64,000 bases of DNA, taken from contig CAVXDX010000003.1 of assembly GCA_963760615.1 (NCBI GenBank), forward strand, positions 109,915 through 173,914, in the 5' to 3' direction. The position numbers and the translations under genes are program-made. Positions within the stretch are counted from its first letter, which is position 1. Each line of letters begins with the position of its first letter. The notes beneath the pieces were generated by a model, which made no database searches, had not been told where the DNA came from, and saw only the letters and a list, made by a program, of their open reading frames with translations. This document shows positions 27,872 to 37,785 of this stretch, in pieces. This stretch comes from an uncultured Candidatus Micrarchaeota archaeon. GTDB taxonomy: Archaea > Micrarchaeota > Micrarchaeia > Burarchaeales > Fermentimicrarchaeaceae.

Positions 27872-28291
27872 TTGGAGAGAACTTTTGTAATGCTGAAGCC
27901 CGACGCAATTAAAAAGGGCATTGCCGGAGAGGTCATCTCGCGTCTTGAGAGGGCTGGCTTGAAGATAATTGGGATGAAGATGATTCAGCTCACTGAGAAG
28001 ATGTGCAGGGAGCATTATGCGCATCATGTTGGGAAGCCTTTCTTCCAAAGTCTTGTTAAGTTCATGTGCTCCTCACCGGTCATATGCATGGTTCTTGAGG
28101 GAGAGAATGCAGTTGAAAAAGTGAGGGAGCTTGCCGGCCCCACGGACTCAAAGAAGGCGCCAAAAGGTACAATACGCGGGGATTTCGGCACCGATGTGCA
28201 GGCCAATATAATTCACACCTCGGATTCGAAGGAGACTGCAGACGTCGAGGTGAAAAGGTTCTTCAAGAGTGATGAGATTTTTCGTTACTAA
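27872..28291 (+). CDS. ndk: Nucleoside diphosphate kinase
   Basis: ERTFVMLKPDA, PKGTIRGDFG, NIIHTSDS. Confidence 0.97.
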   Translation: MERTFVMLKPDAIKKGIAGEVISRLERAGLKIIGMKMIQLTEKMCREHYAHHVGKPFFQSLVKFMCSSPVICMVLEGENAVEKVRELAGPTDSKKAPKGTIRGDFGTDVQANIIHTSDSKETADVEVKRFFKSDEIFRY

Positions 28292-28307
28292 ATATCTGAG
28301 AATCTCT

Positions 28308-28820
28308 ATGGGAGTGCTAAGCGACAGGGAGATAATCCAGCTGATTAGTGGAACTCCAAAGCTGCTTGAGAATCTTGTTGATAAAAAAATCCAGCTGCAG
28401 CCTGCGGGCGTTGACCTAACCCTGCGGGACATTTTTGAGTTCACCAGTGAAGGGACGATAGATTTCAGCAACAGGAAGAGAGTCATTTCAAAATGCAGGA
28501 GAATTGGCTTCAAAGGAGGATTCGTAAATCTAAACTCCGGGGCTTACAAGGTGGTTTACAACGAGACGGTTCGCATACCAAGGGACTGCATAGCCTTGGC
28601 ATTCCCGCGCTCATCGCTTCTCAGATGTGGGGCGTTCCTTCACTGTGCTGTTTGGGACCCCGGTTACGAGGGAAGGAGCGAGTCGCTTCTCATTGTATCC
28701 AACCCGCATGGCATAAGGCTTGCCAGGAATGCAAGGCTGACCCAGCTCATATTCATCAAACTGTCCAAAAAATCAGAGAGGCAATACCGTGGAAAGTATC
28801 TTGCCGAGAATATCCTCTAG
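28308..28820 (+). CDS. Trimeric dUTPase / dCTP deaminase family
   Basis: QPAGVDLTL, PRSSLLRCG, WDPGYEGRS, RLTQLIF. Confidence 0.85.
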   Translation: MGVLSDREIIQLISGTPKLLENLVDKKIQLQPAGVDLTLRDIFEFTSEGTIDFSNRKRVISKCRRIGFKGGFVNLNSGAYKVVYNETVRIPRDCIALAFPRSSLLRCGAFLHCAVWDPGYEGRSESLLIVSNPHGIRLARNARLTQLIFIKLSKKSERQYRGKYLAENIL

Positions 28821-29321
28821 CTAAGAATACCTGATAACCAGCGTTCCATTGACAAATTTAACCGCTCCTGTTTTTACTTCGGTATAAGTGACATACATGT
28901 TCCCGTAATAGATGTCGCCAACTGATGCATTGGGAACGCTCCAGCCATCCTGCCCCGTGCATATGACGATGTTCCCGCTGTTTCCGCCTGCTATGTAGTT
29001 CCTCTCCCCATTCGTTATAAGAACTGGGTTGCTAAGAAGCGGCATCACAGAAGGGTTGCCAATTCTGCTTGTGCACACGAAGGAAGTTATGTTTATCAAT
29101 TTCCCGGTGTTCTGCACTAGCGAAATATCCAGTATGCCGTCTCTCCTGAGAGCTAGCGGTTGGTAGCACGAGAAGTTCCCATGAAACTCGCATACTCCAT
29201 AAAACGTTTGCACTGTAGGCACAGGCGTGTAGGGAGTGTTGAGGTAAAGGTATACCACAAGCAGAATTATAAGTGCCGAGGCAAGTCCGATTTCCCTGTT
29301 GGTCGCCTGTCCCCTTTTCAT
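28821..29321 (-). CDS. Class III signal-peptide pilin-like protein
   Basis: MKRGQ/ATNREIGLASALIILLVVYL; CEFHGNFSC loop. Confidence 0.7.
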   Translation of the reverse strand: MKRGQATNREIGLASALIILLVVYLYLNTPYTPVPTVQTFYGVCEFHGNFSCYQPLALRRDGILDISLVQNTGKLINITSFVCTSRIGNPSVMPLLSNPVLITNGERNYIAGGNSGNIVICTGQDGWSVPNASVGDIYYGNMYVTYTEVKTGAVKFVNGTLVIRYS

Positions 29322-29325
29322 GCAC

Positions 29326-30108
29326 TCAACTGCCGTAGCCAAGTGTAACTTCGAACGGTCCGCTTGTCACCCCGGAAACGCTTGCGGTGACTACTGTATA
29401 TCCAGTGGTCATCAAGAAAGCATGGGCAGTTCCGTTCACCGTTGGCGAATAATCATCTATAACTCCTATGGGAACATGGAAATGCACGAGCGTTCCGTCA
29501 GGTAATGGGTTTCCAAATGAATCAGTCACAGTAGCGGTTATATTCACGAACTCAGTCCCACCCGCAGTGTAGTTTCCTTTACTGCCTACTACTATATACT
29601 TCGGGTTTGGCGCGTAGGCAGGCGCCAGGCTTATGACAATCATCCCGTTTATATTCTGGGCGTACATCTGCCCGCCGGAGAAGCTGTAATTGCTCCCCTG
29701 CAGCACATACCCATAAGGTGTCCCATCAGGCAATGTGGCAACTATGCTGGGCACAACGACAACGTTGGTGGTTATGACAGGAAATGAGTGCGAGTAGTTC
29801 ACAGTCCCAAGGCTGAATTGAATGTCAACGCTTTTTGAGATGTTATTCAGTATGATTGTATAGGGTGTAACGCCATCAAGCATAACTGGGTATATAATTT
29901 TTCTTGAGTAACCTGTGCCTGATCTAGCAGCAAGATTCAGCTCAGATGCAAACTGCTCGCCAACGCTATCAGCCAAGGCTTCTTTTGAACGTTCCATCTC
30001 TGCTGAACGCTGCTGGCTGAAGTTCGCCACAAAGATTGTGAAAATCAGCATTACGAACATGTATATGACCAGCAACTCGTTAGCGCTCTGACCCTTTGAG
30101 CTGACCAT
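29326..30108 (-). CDS. Class III signal-peptide pilin-like protein with C-terminal invasin/intimin-type Ig (Big_1-like) domain
   Basis: SKGQ/SANELLVIYMFVML; ITATVTDSFGNPLPDGTLVHF...TVVTASVSG. Confidence 0.75.
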   Translation of the reverse strand: MVSSKGQSANELLVIYMFVMLIFTIFVANFSQQRSAEMERSKEALADSVGEQFASELNLAARSGTGYSRKIIYPVMLDGVTPYTIILNNISKSVDIQFSLGTVNYSHSFPVITTNVVVVPSIVATLPDGTPYGYVLQGSNYSFSGGQMYAQNINGMIVISLAPAYAPNPKYIVVGSKGNYTAGGTEFVNITATVTDSFGNPLPDGTLVHFHVPIGVIDDYSPTVNGTAHAFLMTTGYTVVTASVSGVTSGPFEVTLGYGS

Positions 30109-30116
30109 GCTACCAC

Positions 30117-30578
30117 CTAACTCCTCTCAATGTAAACGCAGTTCTGCGTCGGATCAACCTGTGTGCAGTTGTCCTCAGCATATATCTTTATGAAATATGT
30201 TCCAGGCCTGGCTATTGTCGTAAGGTCCCCCGCGATATCCGTCACAGTCCATCCAACTATCTGCGTGGTGCCGGCACTTGTTCTCAGCGTGATCACCACT
30301 TCATGCCCTATTCCTCCAGTAGCATTCCCAACTGATATACTGCCCACATTCTGCGGCATGAACACCTGTATGCTCATCTTTGCAGGGTATCCCTGCGCCC
30401 CAACAACGTCGGCGTAGTTGGCTATCTTTGTTGCGGTCTGCTGGGCTTGCTGTATGGCAAGCTGGTCTGCCACATTAGCGCTTTGCAGGTATGCTATGAG
30501 AAGAAGAGGGAACATTATGGTCACTACAAACGCAACAGTTATCATTATCTCTGTGCTTGCCTGGGCCTTTACCCTCAT
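30117..30578 (-). CDS. Class III signal-peptide pilin-like protein
   Basis: RVKAQ/ASTEIMITVAFVVTIMFPLL. Confidence 0.78.
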   Translation of the reverse strand: MRVKAQASTEIMITVAFVVTIMFPLLLIAYLQSANVADQLAIQQAQQTATKIANYADVVGAQGYPAKMSIQVFMPQNVGSISVGNATGGIGHEVVITLRTSAGTTQIVGWTVTDIAGDLTTIARPGTYFIKIYAEDNCTQVDPTQNCVYIERS

Positions 30579-30606
30579 AGAATGAATAATATATGCGGAT
30601 TAAATA

Positions 30607-31968
30607 TTAAGCTTTTGGTAGAACGAGCCTCAGAGCAAGTCTCACAACCTCCCTTGCGCTGTTACCGAATATTATCAGAGAGGGTTCCTTGCCAACCTCC
30701 CCCCTGTGGTACACCACATCTGGGATGCCTTTTGCTCTTCTCACAGCGCTCCCTATGCCCCATGGAATAGTTGCACCTTCCTTTCTTTTAACGCTCCTCG
30801 GCTCCTCGCTCCTATCGTAAAAGGAGATTTTCAGCCTCATTTTCCTGCAGCTCTCCAAATTCCCTTCACTGAATCTTACATTCACCGCTGCTCTCCTAGA
30901 GCTGTCAAAATCCATCATCCTGAGCACAGCCCTGGCAAGGTGGGAGGAGGCCCCGAATCTCACCTTCCCGAGAGACCTTGGCTTTCCCATGGCATTCCTC
31001 ACTCTGCCGACCACCCCGGCCACGTCTTCGATGCCTCTTGCGTCAGGAAGGGCGTAGACTATGTTCATGCCAACCTCAGGGATGAGGGAAGAGAGCTTCT
31101 CGTGCTTTTCAATATCATCCAGTGCAGCTTCCACATCGCTGATGACTGCGCATCTCACCCCCTCCTGCATAAGCTTTGCCATGGGCTCAACCGCTTCAAT
31201 GCCTCTTCCAATCTTCACGCTGTTGCCTAAAGCATCATCAATGAACTTCTCGCTTATCTCAAAAGCATCCTCAATTCCAAGCCCTTTTGCAAGGGATGCC
31301 GCAAGTGCTGATGAGAAGCAGCAGCCTCCTCCGTGTGTTCCAGTTGCAATCCTATTCTTTCTGAAAATCCTGAATTTTTCGTGCAGTGTGACATCGCTTA
31401 TCATCCTGCCATCACTCACTCCTTTAATCACAACAGCTTCCGCCCCACTGGCTACAAGGATTTTAGCTGCCCTCCTCGCATCACCAATACCTCTCACCCT
31501 TACCCCGCTAAGTTTCTCTGCCTCAAATGAATTCGGGGTAACTATCCTGCAGAGTTTCAGCAGTATTCCCATACTCCTGATGCTTTCACTCTTGATGAGC
31601 CAGCTTGAGTCGGACTGGGCGGTCATCACAGGGTCCAGCACAATATTTCTTGCTTTCCATTTCCTCAGCCCCTCCAAAACTGCCCTTGTTATCCCGCTGT
31701 CGCCAAGCATCCCTATCTTTACTGCCCTCACTTTCATATCAGAAAAAACAGAATCAATCTGTTGCGATATCGCATCAGGAGGCAGGTAAAAGATTTTCTG
31801 GACTCCCTTTGTATTCTGTGATGCTATAGCAGTTATTACCGCTGCCGAATGCACACCGAGAGCTGCGAATGTCTTAACGTCAGCTTCCACGCCAGCAGCT
31901 CCTGTCGTCGAGGAGCCGCCTATAGTTAATGCAATAACCGGCTCCGGATGAGCAGTCACCCTATCCAC
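30607..31968 (-). CDS. thiDN: Bifunctional ThiD-ThiN (HMP/HMP-P kinase + thiamine-phosphate synthase)
   Basis: TIGGSSTTGAAGVEAD, VKIGML, VLDPVM, THGGGCCFSSA; ThiN IPEVGMNI, FGASSHLAR, EVGKEP. Confidence 0.93.
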   Translation of the reverse strand: MDRVTAHPEPVIALTIGGSSTTGAAGVEADVKTFAALGVHSAAVITAIASQNTKGVQKIFYLPPDAISQQIDSVFSDMKVRAVKIGMLGDSGITRAVLEGLRKWKARNIVLDPVMTAQSDSSWLIKSESIRSMGILLKLCRIVTPNSFEAEKLSGVRVRGIGDARRAAKILVASGAEAVVIKGVSDGRMISDVTLHEKFRIFRKNRIATGTHGGGCCFSSALAASLAKGLGIEDAFEISEKFIDDALGNSVKIGRGIEAVEPMAKLMQEGVRCAVISDVEAALDDIEKHEKLSSLIPEVGMNIVYALPDARGIEDVAGVVGRVRNAMGKPRSLGKVRFGASSHLARAVLRMMDFDSSRRAAVNVRFSEGNLESCRKMRLKISFYDRSEEPRSVKRKEGATIPWGIGSAVRRAKGIPDVVYHRGEVGKEPSLIIFGNSAREVVRLALRLVLPKA

Positions 31969-33056
31969 CTTTCAGTCTTCCTGCGGTTAGTCTTTGTCCT
32001 GTCAACCCTGCCCTCTTTCTCCTTGTGGAGTATTTTTTCCATCTCATCCAGAAATGCCTTCAGAGCCTTCTCCAAATTCCAGCCGAAGGAACTTGCAGTG
32101 AATACTATTCCCCTTCCCATCAATCTCCCGTGTACAGAGTATTTTTTCCCATGCTTCTTGAAGTGGAGCGATATATAATCGACATCAAAGCTCTTCTTGA
32201 GCTTGCTGAGCATCTTCCTAACTTCCTCGTTTATATCCTCAACAAGCATCTTATCATTCTCCTCCAGCCCCGAGATATAAATCCCGATTTCCTCTGGCTT
32301 GACCAGTGATGAGAAGAGGTCTCTTGCGCTGATGATTCCAACCGGTTTTCCGCCGCTCTCAACTATTAGCGTAGCAACATCTCCCTCTATGAGCTTCTTG
32401 GCGCTCTCGCTCAGACTCTCCTCAGGCTTTATGGTGTATACATCCTCTCTCATTATTGAGGAAATCTCAATGTCGTCAATATTACTCTTGCTGCTTCTCA
32501 GCGGCAGCTTATCCTTGGGCTTGTCAAGCAGGTTCGCCAGATCATATGCGGTGAGGACACCGGCAAGCTTTCCCTCCTCAGTAACGGCAAGTTTTCCGTA
32601 CTGGTTGCCGTACATCCTTGATTTCGCTTTCCCCAGTAAAGTTGTGCTCTCTACCCTTGGAACCTGCCTGTCCATTACATCTTCAACTTTCATCCTCTCA
32701 AGAAGTTTCCGCTCCATCAGAATGCGCAGCACATCATTCCTCGCAAGAACCCCCACAAGTTTGTCATCATCCATCACCGGCAGCGCCCTGTACGGTCCGC
32801 TGAAGAAAAGCCTGCATATGTTGATTATGCTTGTTTTCTTCGTTATCGTGGGAGCATGTATGGCGATGTGACCGACCTTGGCGCTGGGCTTTGCAGCTGA
32901 GCTGATAAGCGTCCAGTCGTCAACTATGCCAACGTATTTCTTATCCTTCACAACAACTATGCAAGTCTTATGCCTCGGAAGCTCGCTTATAGCCCTTGTT
33001 ATAGACTCTTCGGAGTCAAGCGTAAAAGCATCCTTTATCATTTCAAAAGGCTCCAT
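31956..33056 (-). CDS. Four-CBS protein with C-terminal HPF/RaiA-like domain (candidate ribosome hibernation factor)
   Basis: CBS repeats (YVGIVDD, LVGVLARND, LAGVLTAYD, PVGIISARD); C-terminal beta-alpha-beta-beta-beta-alpha ...KYSVHGRL...GWNLEKALKAFLDEMEK. Confidence 0.75.
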   Translation of the reverse strand: MEPFEMIKDAFTLDSEESITRAISELPRHKTCIVVVKDKKYVGIVDDWTLISSAAKPSAKVGHIAIHAPTITKKTSIINICRLFFSGPYRALPVMDDDKLVGVLARNDVLRILMERKLLERMKVEDVMDRQVPRVESTTLLGKAKSRMYGNQYGKLAVTEEGKLAGVLTAYDLANLLDKPKDKLPLRSSKSNIDDIEISSIMREDVYTIKPEESLSESAKKLIEGDVATLIVESGGKPVGIISARDLFSSLVKPEEIGIYISGLEENDKMLVEDINEEVRKMLSKLKKSFDVDYISLHFKKHGKKYSVHGRLMGRGIVFTASSFGWNLEKALKAFLDEMEKILHKEKEGRVDRTKTNRRKTERWIG

Positions 33057-33107
33057 GTCTTCACCCCTCCATATTATTTAAAAGGGCAATAAATTAATAC
33101 TGTTTGC

Positions 33108-34088
33108 ATGAAAGCATCCGAGCTTGGCGAGAGGAAGCTTATAGCACTCCTGATTAGAGGGCTCTACAGGAACCGGAGGGTGCTTGTTGGGGCAGGGGAG
33201 GACGATGCAGCCCTCATAAGCTTTGGGGATAAAGAGCTTGTTGCGAAATCAGACATAATGTTCAGGTCAACGCACTTTCCAAGGGGGATGAAGCCCGAGG
33301 CTATTGGGAGGAAGGTGGCGGTTGCAAACATAAGCGATTTGGCTGCCATGGGTGCATCTCCGCTTGCCACCCTTTTCTCATTCGGCCTGCCGCCCAGGTT
33401 TGATGTTTCAGAATTCGCCAGAATAATCAAAGGAATAAATGCAGTCTGTATTGAATACGACGCCCCCTACGTTGGAGGTGATACCAAAAAGGCAAAGGAG
33501 CTGAGCATATGCGGCATTGCCCTCGGAGAAATTGGAAGAGGCGAGGCGATAAGAAGATGCAATGCGCGTGCCGGGGATGTTGTCGCGGTTACCGGTGAAA
33601 TAGGAGATGCCGCGCTTGGCTTGGAGATACTTCTGAAAGGAATGAAAACCGGTAAATACGGCAAACTTGTCAATGCATTCCTCAACCCCTCGGCAAGGGT
33701 GAAGGAAGGCAGGGTAATAGCCCAGTGCAAAATAGGAGCTGCCGGTATGGATATAACAGATGGGTTGTTCTTCTCTGCAGGAGAGATAGCCCGCATGAGC
33801 GGAGTTTGTCTCTCGCTTGACAGGTGGAGCATACCCATTTCGAAGGAAGCTAGGAAGTTTGCAGAAGAGCATAATGTGAAGGAAAACTATCTTCTGAACA
33901 ACGGAGAGGACTACGAACTTATCGTGACCATAAAAAGAGAGAGATTTGAAAAGGTCAGGAGCAAAGTTGAAGATGTTGGTGGCTCGCTAATGCAAATTGG
34001 AAATGTCGTAAGGGGAAAAGGGGTTCTCATTGATGGAAGAAGGGTAAAAACTGCAGGTTATGACTCTCTGAACTATCCCGGAGCATAA
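33108..34088 (+). CDS. thiL: Thiamine-monophosphate kinase
   Basis: GEDDAA, NISDLAAMGA, VGGDT, GDVVAVTGEIG, MDITDGL, GEDYEL. Confidence 0.95.
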   Translation: MKASELGERKLIALLIRGLYRNRRVLVGAGEDDAALISFGDKELVAKSDIMFRSTHFPRGMKPEAIGRKVAVANISDLAAMGASPLATLFSFGLPPRFDVSEFARIIKGINAVCIEYDAPYVGGDTKKAKELSICGIALGEIGRGEAIRRCNARAGDVVAVTGEIGDAALGLEILLKGMKTGKYGKLVNAFLNPSARVKEGRVIAQCKIGAAGMDITDGLFFSAGEIARMSGVCLSLDRWSIPISKEARKFAEEHNVKENYLLNNGEDYELIVTIKRERFEKVRSKVEDVGGSLMQIGNVVRGKGVLIDGRRVKTAGYDSLNYPGA

Positions 34089-34125
34089 GGGTTTTTAATA
34101 TATAAAAAGAAAACTTATTCTACAT

Positions 34126-34197
34126 GGGCTCGTAGTCGAATGGTAAGACGTCACCCTGACACGGTGAAAACTCCCGGTTCGATCCCGGGCGGGCCCA
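34126..34197 (+). tRNA. tRNA-Val(GAC)
   Basis: GGGCTCG/CGGGCCC acceptor, GTC/GAC D stem, TCACC-CTGACAC-GGTGA, CCCGG-TTCGATC-CCGGG; CCA not encoded. Confidence 0.96.
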
Positions 34198-35001
34198 CTA
34201 ATAACAAAATTTGCACCTTACATTATACTTTCTGCAGAGCTGCTCTGCCCTCTCCTTGAATTTGCCGTAGTAATCGCTTTTTGAGAAGAATATTTCCTTC
34301 CAAGCAGGCAGAAGCTCCGGATACGATTTCTCAAGTATCCTCCGCATGTTCTCCCACACGTCAGGCTTTAGGTTCAGCTTGTCAAACCAGAGGTAATCAG
34401 CCTTCAGCTCGGAGCCAGTTTTCACAATCTCATCAAGGCCTTTATCAGTCAAGTAGGGAAGAACAGGTCCGACAAAGATGTATATATTTATCCCGTTTTC
34501 ATGCAGAAGCCTGAGGGCTTCCAGCCTATCACTTACAGGTGAGGAAAAAGGCTCAAAGTTTCTCCTCACAGAATCGTCAAGAGTTGTTATAGTGATTCCA
34601 ACCTCCTCCTCATTGAATTTTTTCAGCAGGTCAATATCCCTTGTCACAAGGGAAGATTTTGTCTGGATGCACACGGGGAATTGTTTTTCAAGCAGCATCT
34701 CAAGAAGCTTTCTCGTAAGCCCATATTTCTTCTCAAGAGGCTGGTAGGCGTCTGTCAAGGATGATATGAAAACCTGCCCCCTCTTCTTTGAAGCAATTTC
34801 CTTCCTTAAAATTTCAGGAGCGTTGACTTTCACATCAATGAACTCCCCCCAAGGTTCAGTGTGCCTGCTGAACCTCCTTGTTATTGGGTTTGCGTAGCAG
34901 TATGTGCAGCCATGCTGGCACCCAACATAAGGGTTGATGCAGTAGACAGCAAGCTTGCTAGGGTTGAGCAGGGACTTGCATTTTACTTCGTTTATTGACA
35001 T
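34198..35001 (-). CDS. Radical SAM protein (SplB/Rv2578c-like)
   Basis: INPYVGCQHGCTYCYA (CxxxCxxC), SSLTDAYQPLE, IQTKSSLVTRD. Confidence 0.88.
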   Translation of the reverse strand: MSINEVKCKSLLNPSKLAVYCINPYVGCQHGCTYCYANPITRRFSRHTEPWGEFIDVKVNAPEILRKEIASKKRGQVFISSLTDAYQPLEKKYGLTRKLLEMLLEKQFPVCIQTKSSLVTRDIDLLKKFNEEEVGITITTLDDSVRRNFEPFSSPVSDRLEALRLLHENGINIYIFVGPVLPYLTDKGLDEIVKTGSELKADYLWFDKLNLKPDVWENMRRILEKSYPELLPAWKEIFFSKSDYYGKFKERAEQLCRKYNVRCKFCY

Positions 35002-35063
35002 ATGTTCACCGGAAAGTCACCCCTCCGTAAGATTAGTATACCCTCCCCTCCATAATTTTAGCA

Positions 35064-36386
35064 ATGCCAAATAATTTATGGGTTTCGCAGCTTTTTGACG
35101 AGCAGAATTCACCTCAGGAGCTTGAGAAGAAGGGAACCCTCCAATTTGGCACCAGCAGGGAAGTCAAGCTTGATACTCGATGCGCCATATGCAAGGGCTC
35201 AAAATTCCTGTGCGGCAAGGACAGCTGCCCCATTCTTGTAAAATTCTACGCTCAGAATAGGACAAGGCCTCTTATCGACAAGCTTACACTGGAAGGCTCC
35301 TCCCCGCCAGACCTGTTCATCGGAAGGATGGGCTATCCCTATGTGAATATAGGTCCGCTCATACCACCAATAACAGGAAATACCGAAATCATGGGGACTC
35401 CTGAGATGTGGCAGGGAAAAACCATAGAGGAAATTGTGGATTTCCGCTTCCAACTTGTGAGGGGAAAATACAGGGTGAATGTGAAAGATGTTGAGGCGGG
35501 GAAGATTGTAGAACTCACAAGGGAGCTTGCCCTCTCAAAAGCGCCCACAGAAGTGGATGCAGAATTCAGGAAAAAGCCTGCTGGAAGACTCGTGCTTGAT
35601 GATGAGGTGCAGCCTTTCGGCCCCTCAGCACCATTAAAAGATATTGATATAACATACTCAACAATAGACCACAAGATTGACAAGGCTTTCAGCGACACAG
35701 ATCTGAGGGCGTCAGAGGCAGTAATCAGTCTATACGAAAATGACGTGCTAGTCTCAAGGATACAGAAGGCTTTCTCCGCGGGCTTGTTCGGAATCGAAAA
35801 GAACCGGAAGTTCGTCCCAACGAGATGGTCCATCACTGCGGTTGACAGCATACTCTCAAAGAACCTGCTGGAGGATGTGAAAACCTTCCCGCTGATTAAT
35901 GAGTTTAGAGTATACGAGCACACTGCTCTTGACAACAGGTGGATTATCCTTATGATTCCCTCCCGCTGGAGCTATGAGCTGATTGAGGCGTGGTATCCCA
36001 AGACAATATGGAACCCGGATGGCAGGGAGATTGCAATATTCTCAGATGCTGAGGGATATGAAGGCAGGACCGAATATCCAGACATAGGCGGATGCTACTT
36101 CTCTGCGAGGCTTGCAATTTCTGAAGAGTTGAGTAAAGAGAGAAGGCAGGCTGCAGCGATAGTAATGAGGGAGGCCCATCCTGGTTATATTATGCCTGTG
36201 GGAGTGTGGAATGTCCGAGAAGCTGTGAGGAATGCAATGAAGAATCCGCACATGAACTTTGCAAGCCTCAAGGACTCCTTTGCCTACATCTTCTCAAAAT
36301 TCGACATAACCATGGACGTATGGATAAAAACCAGCAAGCTTCTGCGGGATATGATTTTCCAGAAAAGAATTAAGGATTACCTCTGA
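35064..36386 (+). CDS. nreA: Nre-family PCNA-interacting DNA repair protein
   Basis: CAICKGSKFLCGKDSCP, GSSPPDLFIGRMGYP, VPTRWSITAVD, GGCYFSARL, C-terminal PIP-like QKRIKDYL. Confidence 0.9.
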   Translation: MPNNLWVSQLFDEQNSPQELEKKGTLQFGTSREVKLDTRCAICKGSKFLCGKDSCPILVKFYAQNRTRPLIDKLTLEGSSPPDLFIGRMGYPYVNIGPLIPPITGNTEIMGTPEMWQGKTIEEIVDFRFQLVRGKYRVNVKDVEAGKIVELTRELALSKAPTEVDAEFRKKPAGRLVLDDEVQPFGPSAPLKDIDITYSTIDHKIDKAFSDTDLRASEAVISLYENDVLVSRIQKAFSAGLFGIEKNRKFVPTRWSITAVDSILSKNLLEDVKTFPLINEFRVYEHTALDNRWIILMIPSRWSYELIEAWYPKTIWNPDGREIAIFSDAEGYEGRTEYPDIGGCYFSARLAISEELSKERRQAAAIVMREAHPGYIMPVGVWNVREAVRNAMKNPHMNFASLKDSFAYIFSKFDITMDVWIKTSKLLRDMIFQKRIKDYL

Positions 36387-36398
36387 CTTCAGAAAATA

Positions 36399-36881
36399 CT
36401 AGAGCTTGTAACCCAGCTTCCTCAGGAACTCCTTCCTCTTCTTCACATCTTCAGAAGTTTCAATTCCTTTGCTCTTCAGCCCGTCTATCACTCCTAGAAT
36501 TCCCCTGCCCTGCTCGCTCTCGGCAACCACCACTTCCACATCGTTTGCAGTTGCGCAGTATACAGAGCAGACCTCGGGGATATTCTTTATCGCATTCAGC
36601 ACGTTGAGCGGGTAAGCATCTTTCATGACGATTATGAATGAGTGCCCAGCAGCAATGTTGGATGCATTCCTTGATGCAATCTTCTGCAGCTCCTCGTCAT
36701 TGCCGCTAACTCTCACAAGGCAAGGCCCAGAGCTCTCGCAGAAAGCAGCACCAAATTTAACAGATGAGCATGAACTCACCATTGTTTCATAAATATCTTC
36801 GATGCTCTTTATGAAGTGCGATTGCCCAAGAATAACATTGCAGTCGGCCGGCTTCTCAACCTTAACCAGTTTCAGCTCCAT
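36399..36881 (-). CDS. Adenosine-specific kinase family (DUF355)
   Basis: NVILGQSHFIKSIED, FGAAFCESSGPCLVR, CATAN, GRGILGVIDG. Confidence 0.88.
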   Translation of the reverse strand: MELKLVKVEKPADCNVILGQSHFIKSIEDIYETMVSSCSSVKFGAAFCESSGPCLVRVSGNDEELQKIASRNASNIAAGHSFIIVMKDAYPLNVLNAIKNIPEVCSVYCATANDVEVVVAESEQGRGILGVIDGLKSKGIETSEDVKKRKEFLRKLGYKL

Positions 36882-36889
36882 CCTATCAC

Positions 36890-37387
36890 CTACTCGAATA
36901 CTATCATGACATCGGATTCCAGCAGGGATTTGAGAGCCTTCTCAAGGGTGTTTATGTCAACGGGAAGTTGTTTTATCTCTCTTTTTGAGAACCTCACCTT
37001 GTAGAGGTTCCCCTCCTTCCTGTAGATTTTGTTTATCCCCAGTATCTTGGCAGGCGCGACAACATCTGCTATAGTTTTTTTAATGTCTCCGCTCATCTCA
37101 GCTATCCTCACCTTCTTGCCCACAGCCTGGGATATCTCGGCGACAACCTTCCCCTCTCTGCCAATGAGCAGGCCCACATCCTTGTTTGTGAGCACAAGCA
37201 CCACCCTGCCTAAATCTATAGCCTTTGTAAAATCGGCGTTCTCCAAGTTGTATTTATCCTTCAGCTTGTAGAGCAGCCTGCTTATTTTCACATCTAGCTC
37301 GGAGATTTTTCCCCTCTTGAGTTTCTCATCGCACCCCGAGCAGAGCACATTGCTTTTCATGCACAGCTCGCATATCTGCACGTTCAT
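36890..37387 (-). CDS. NusA-like KH-domain protein
   Basis: ICELCMKSNVLCSGC, KH motif GLLIGREGK. Confidence 0.8.
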   Translation of the reverse strand: MNVQICELCMKSNVLCSGCDEKLKRGKISELDVKISRLLYKLKDKYNLENADFTKAIDLGRVVLVLTNKDVGLLIGREGKVVAEISQAVGKKVRIAEMSGDIKKTIADVVAPAKILGINKIYRKEGNLYKVRFSKREIKQLPVDINTLEKALKSLLESDVMIVFE

Positions 37388-37435
37388 CTAACCACGCTAC
37401 TACTGAAAAAGAAAAATAATAAAAAACCAAAAAAG

Positions 37436-37729
37436 CTACTTCATCAGGGTTATTTCCATTGAGGATACTTTTGCCATGCTTCCGTCTTCAGAGGTAAGCT
37501 CCTCGGTCTTTATGTCTATACTCTTTATTTTTGCGTCTGGCATGAACCTGTTTCTCACTATCTCCGCAACGTCCACCGCTCTAGAAATCACTTTCCCCCT
37601 GGCCTTTATTGCAACCTCAGGCGCTCCGTTGTTGAACTGGGTTATCACCGCGAGAACGTAGCTCATCACGCTTTTCTTGCCGATGTAGACCACATTCTCA
37701 TCCTTTCGTATTGCTGTTTCCTCTGCCAT
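37436..37729 (-). CDS. albA: Chromatin protein Alba
   Basis: [39 protein letters not shown]. Confidence 0.97.
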   Translation of the reverse strand: MAEETAIRKDENVVYIGKKSVMSYVLAVITQFNNGAPEVAIKARGKVISRAVDVAEIVRNRFMPDAKIKSIDIKTEELTSEDGSMAKVSSMEITLMK

Positions 37730-37785
37730 CTTATGCACCTCCATTGTTGTTTATTGAAATGCTTGAGTAGTATTTCTCGAGCCAA

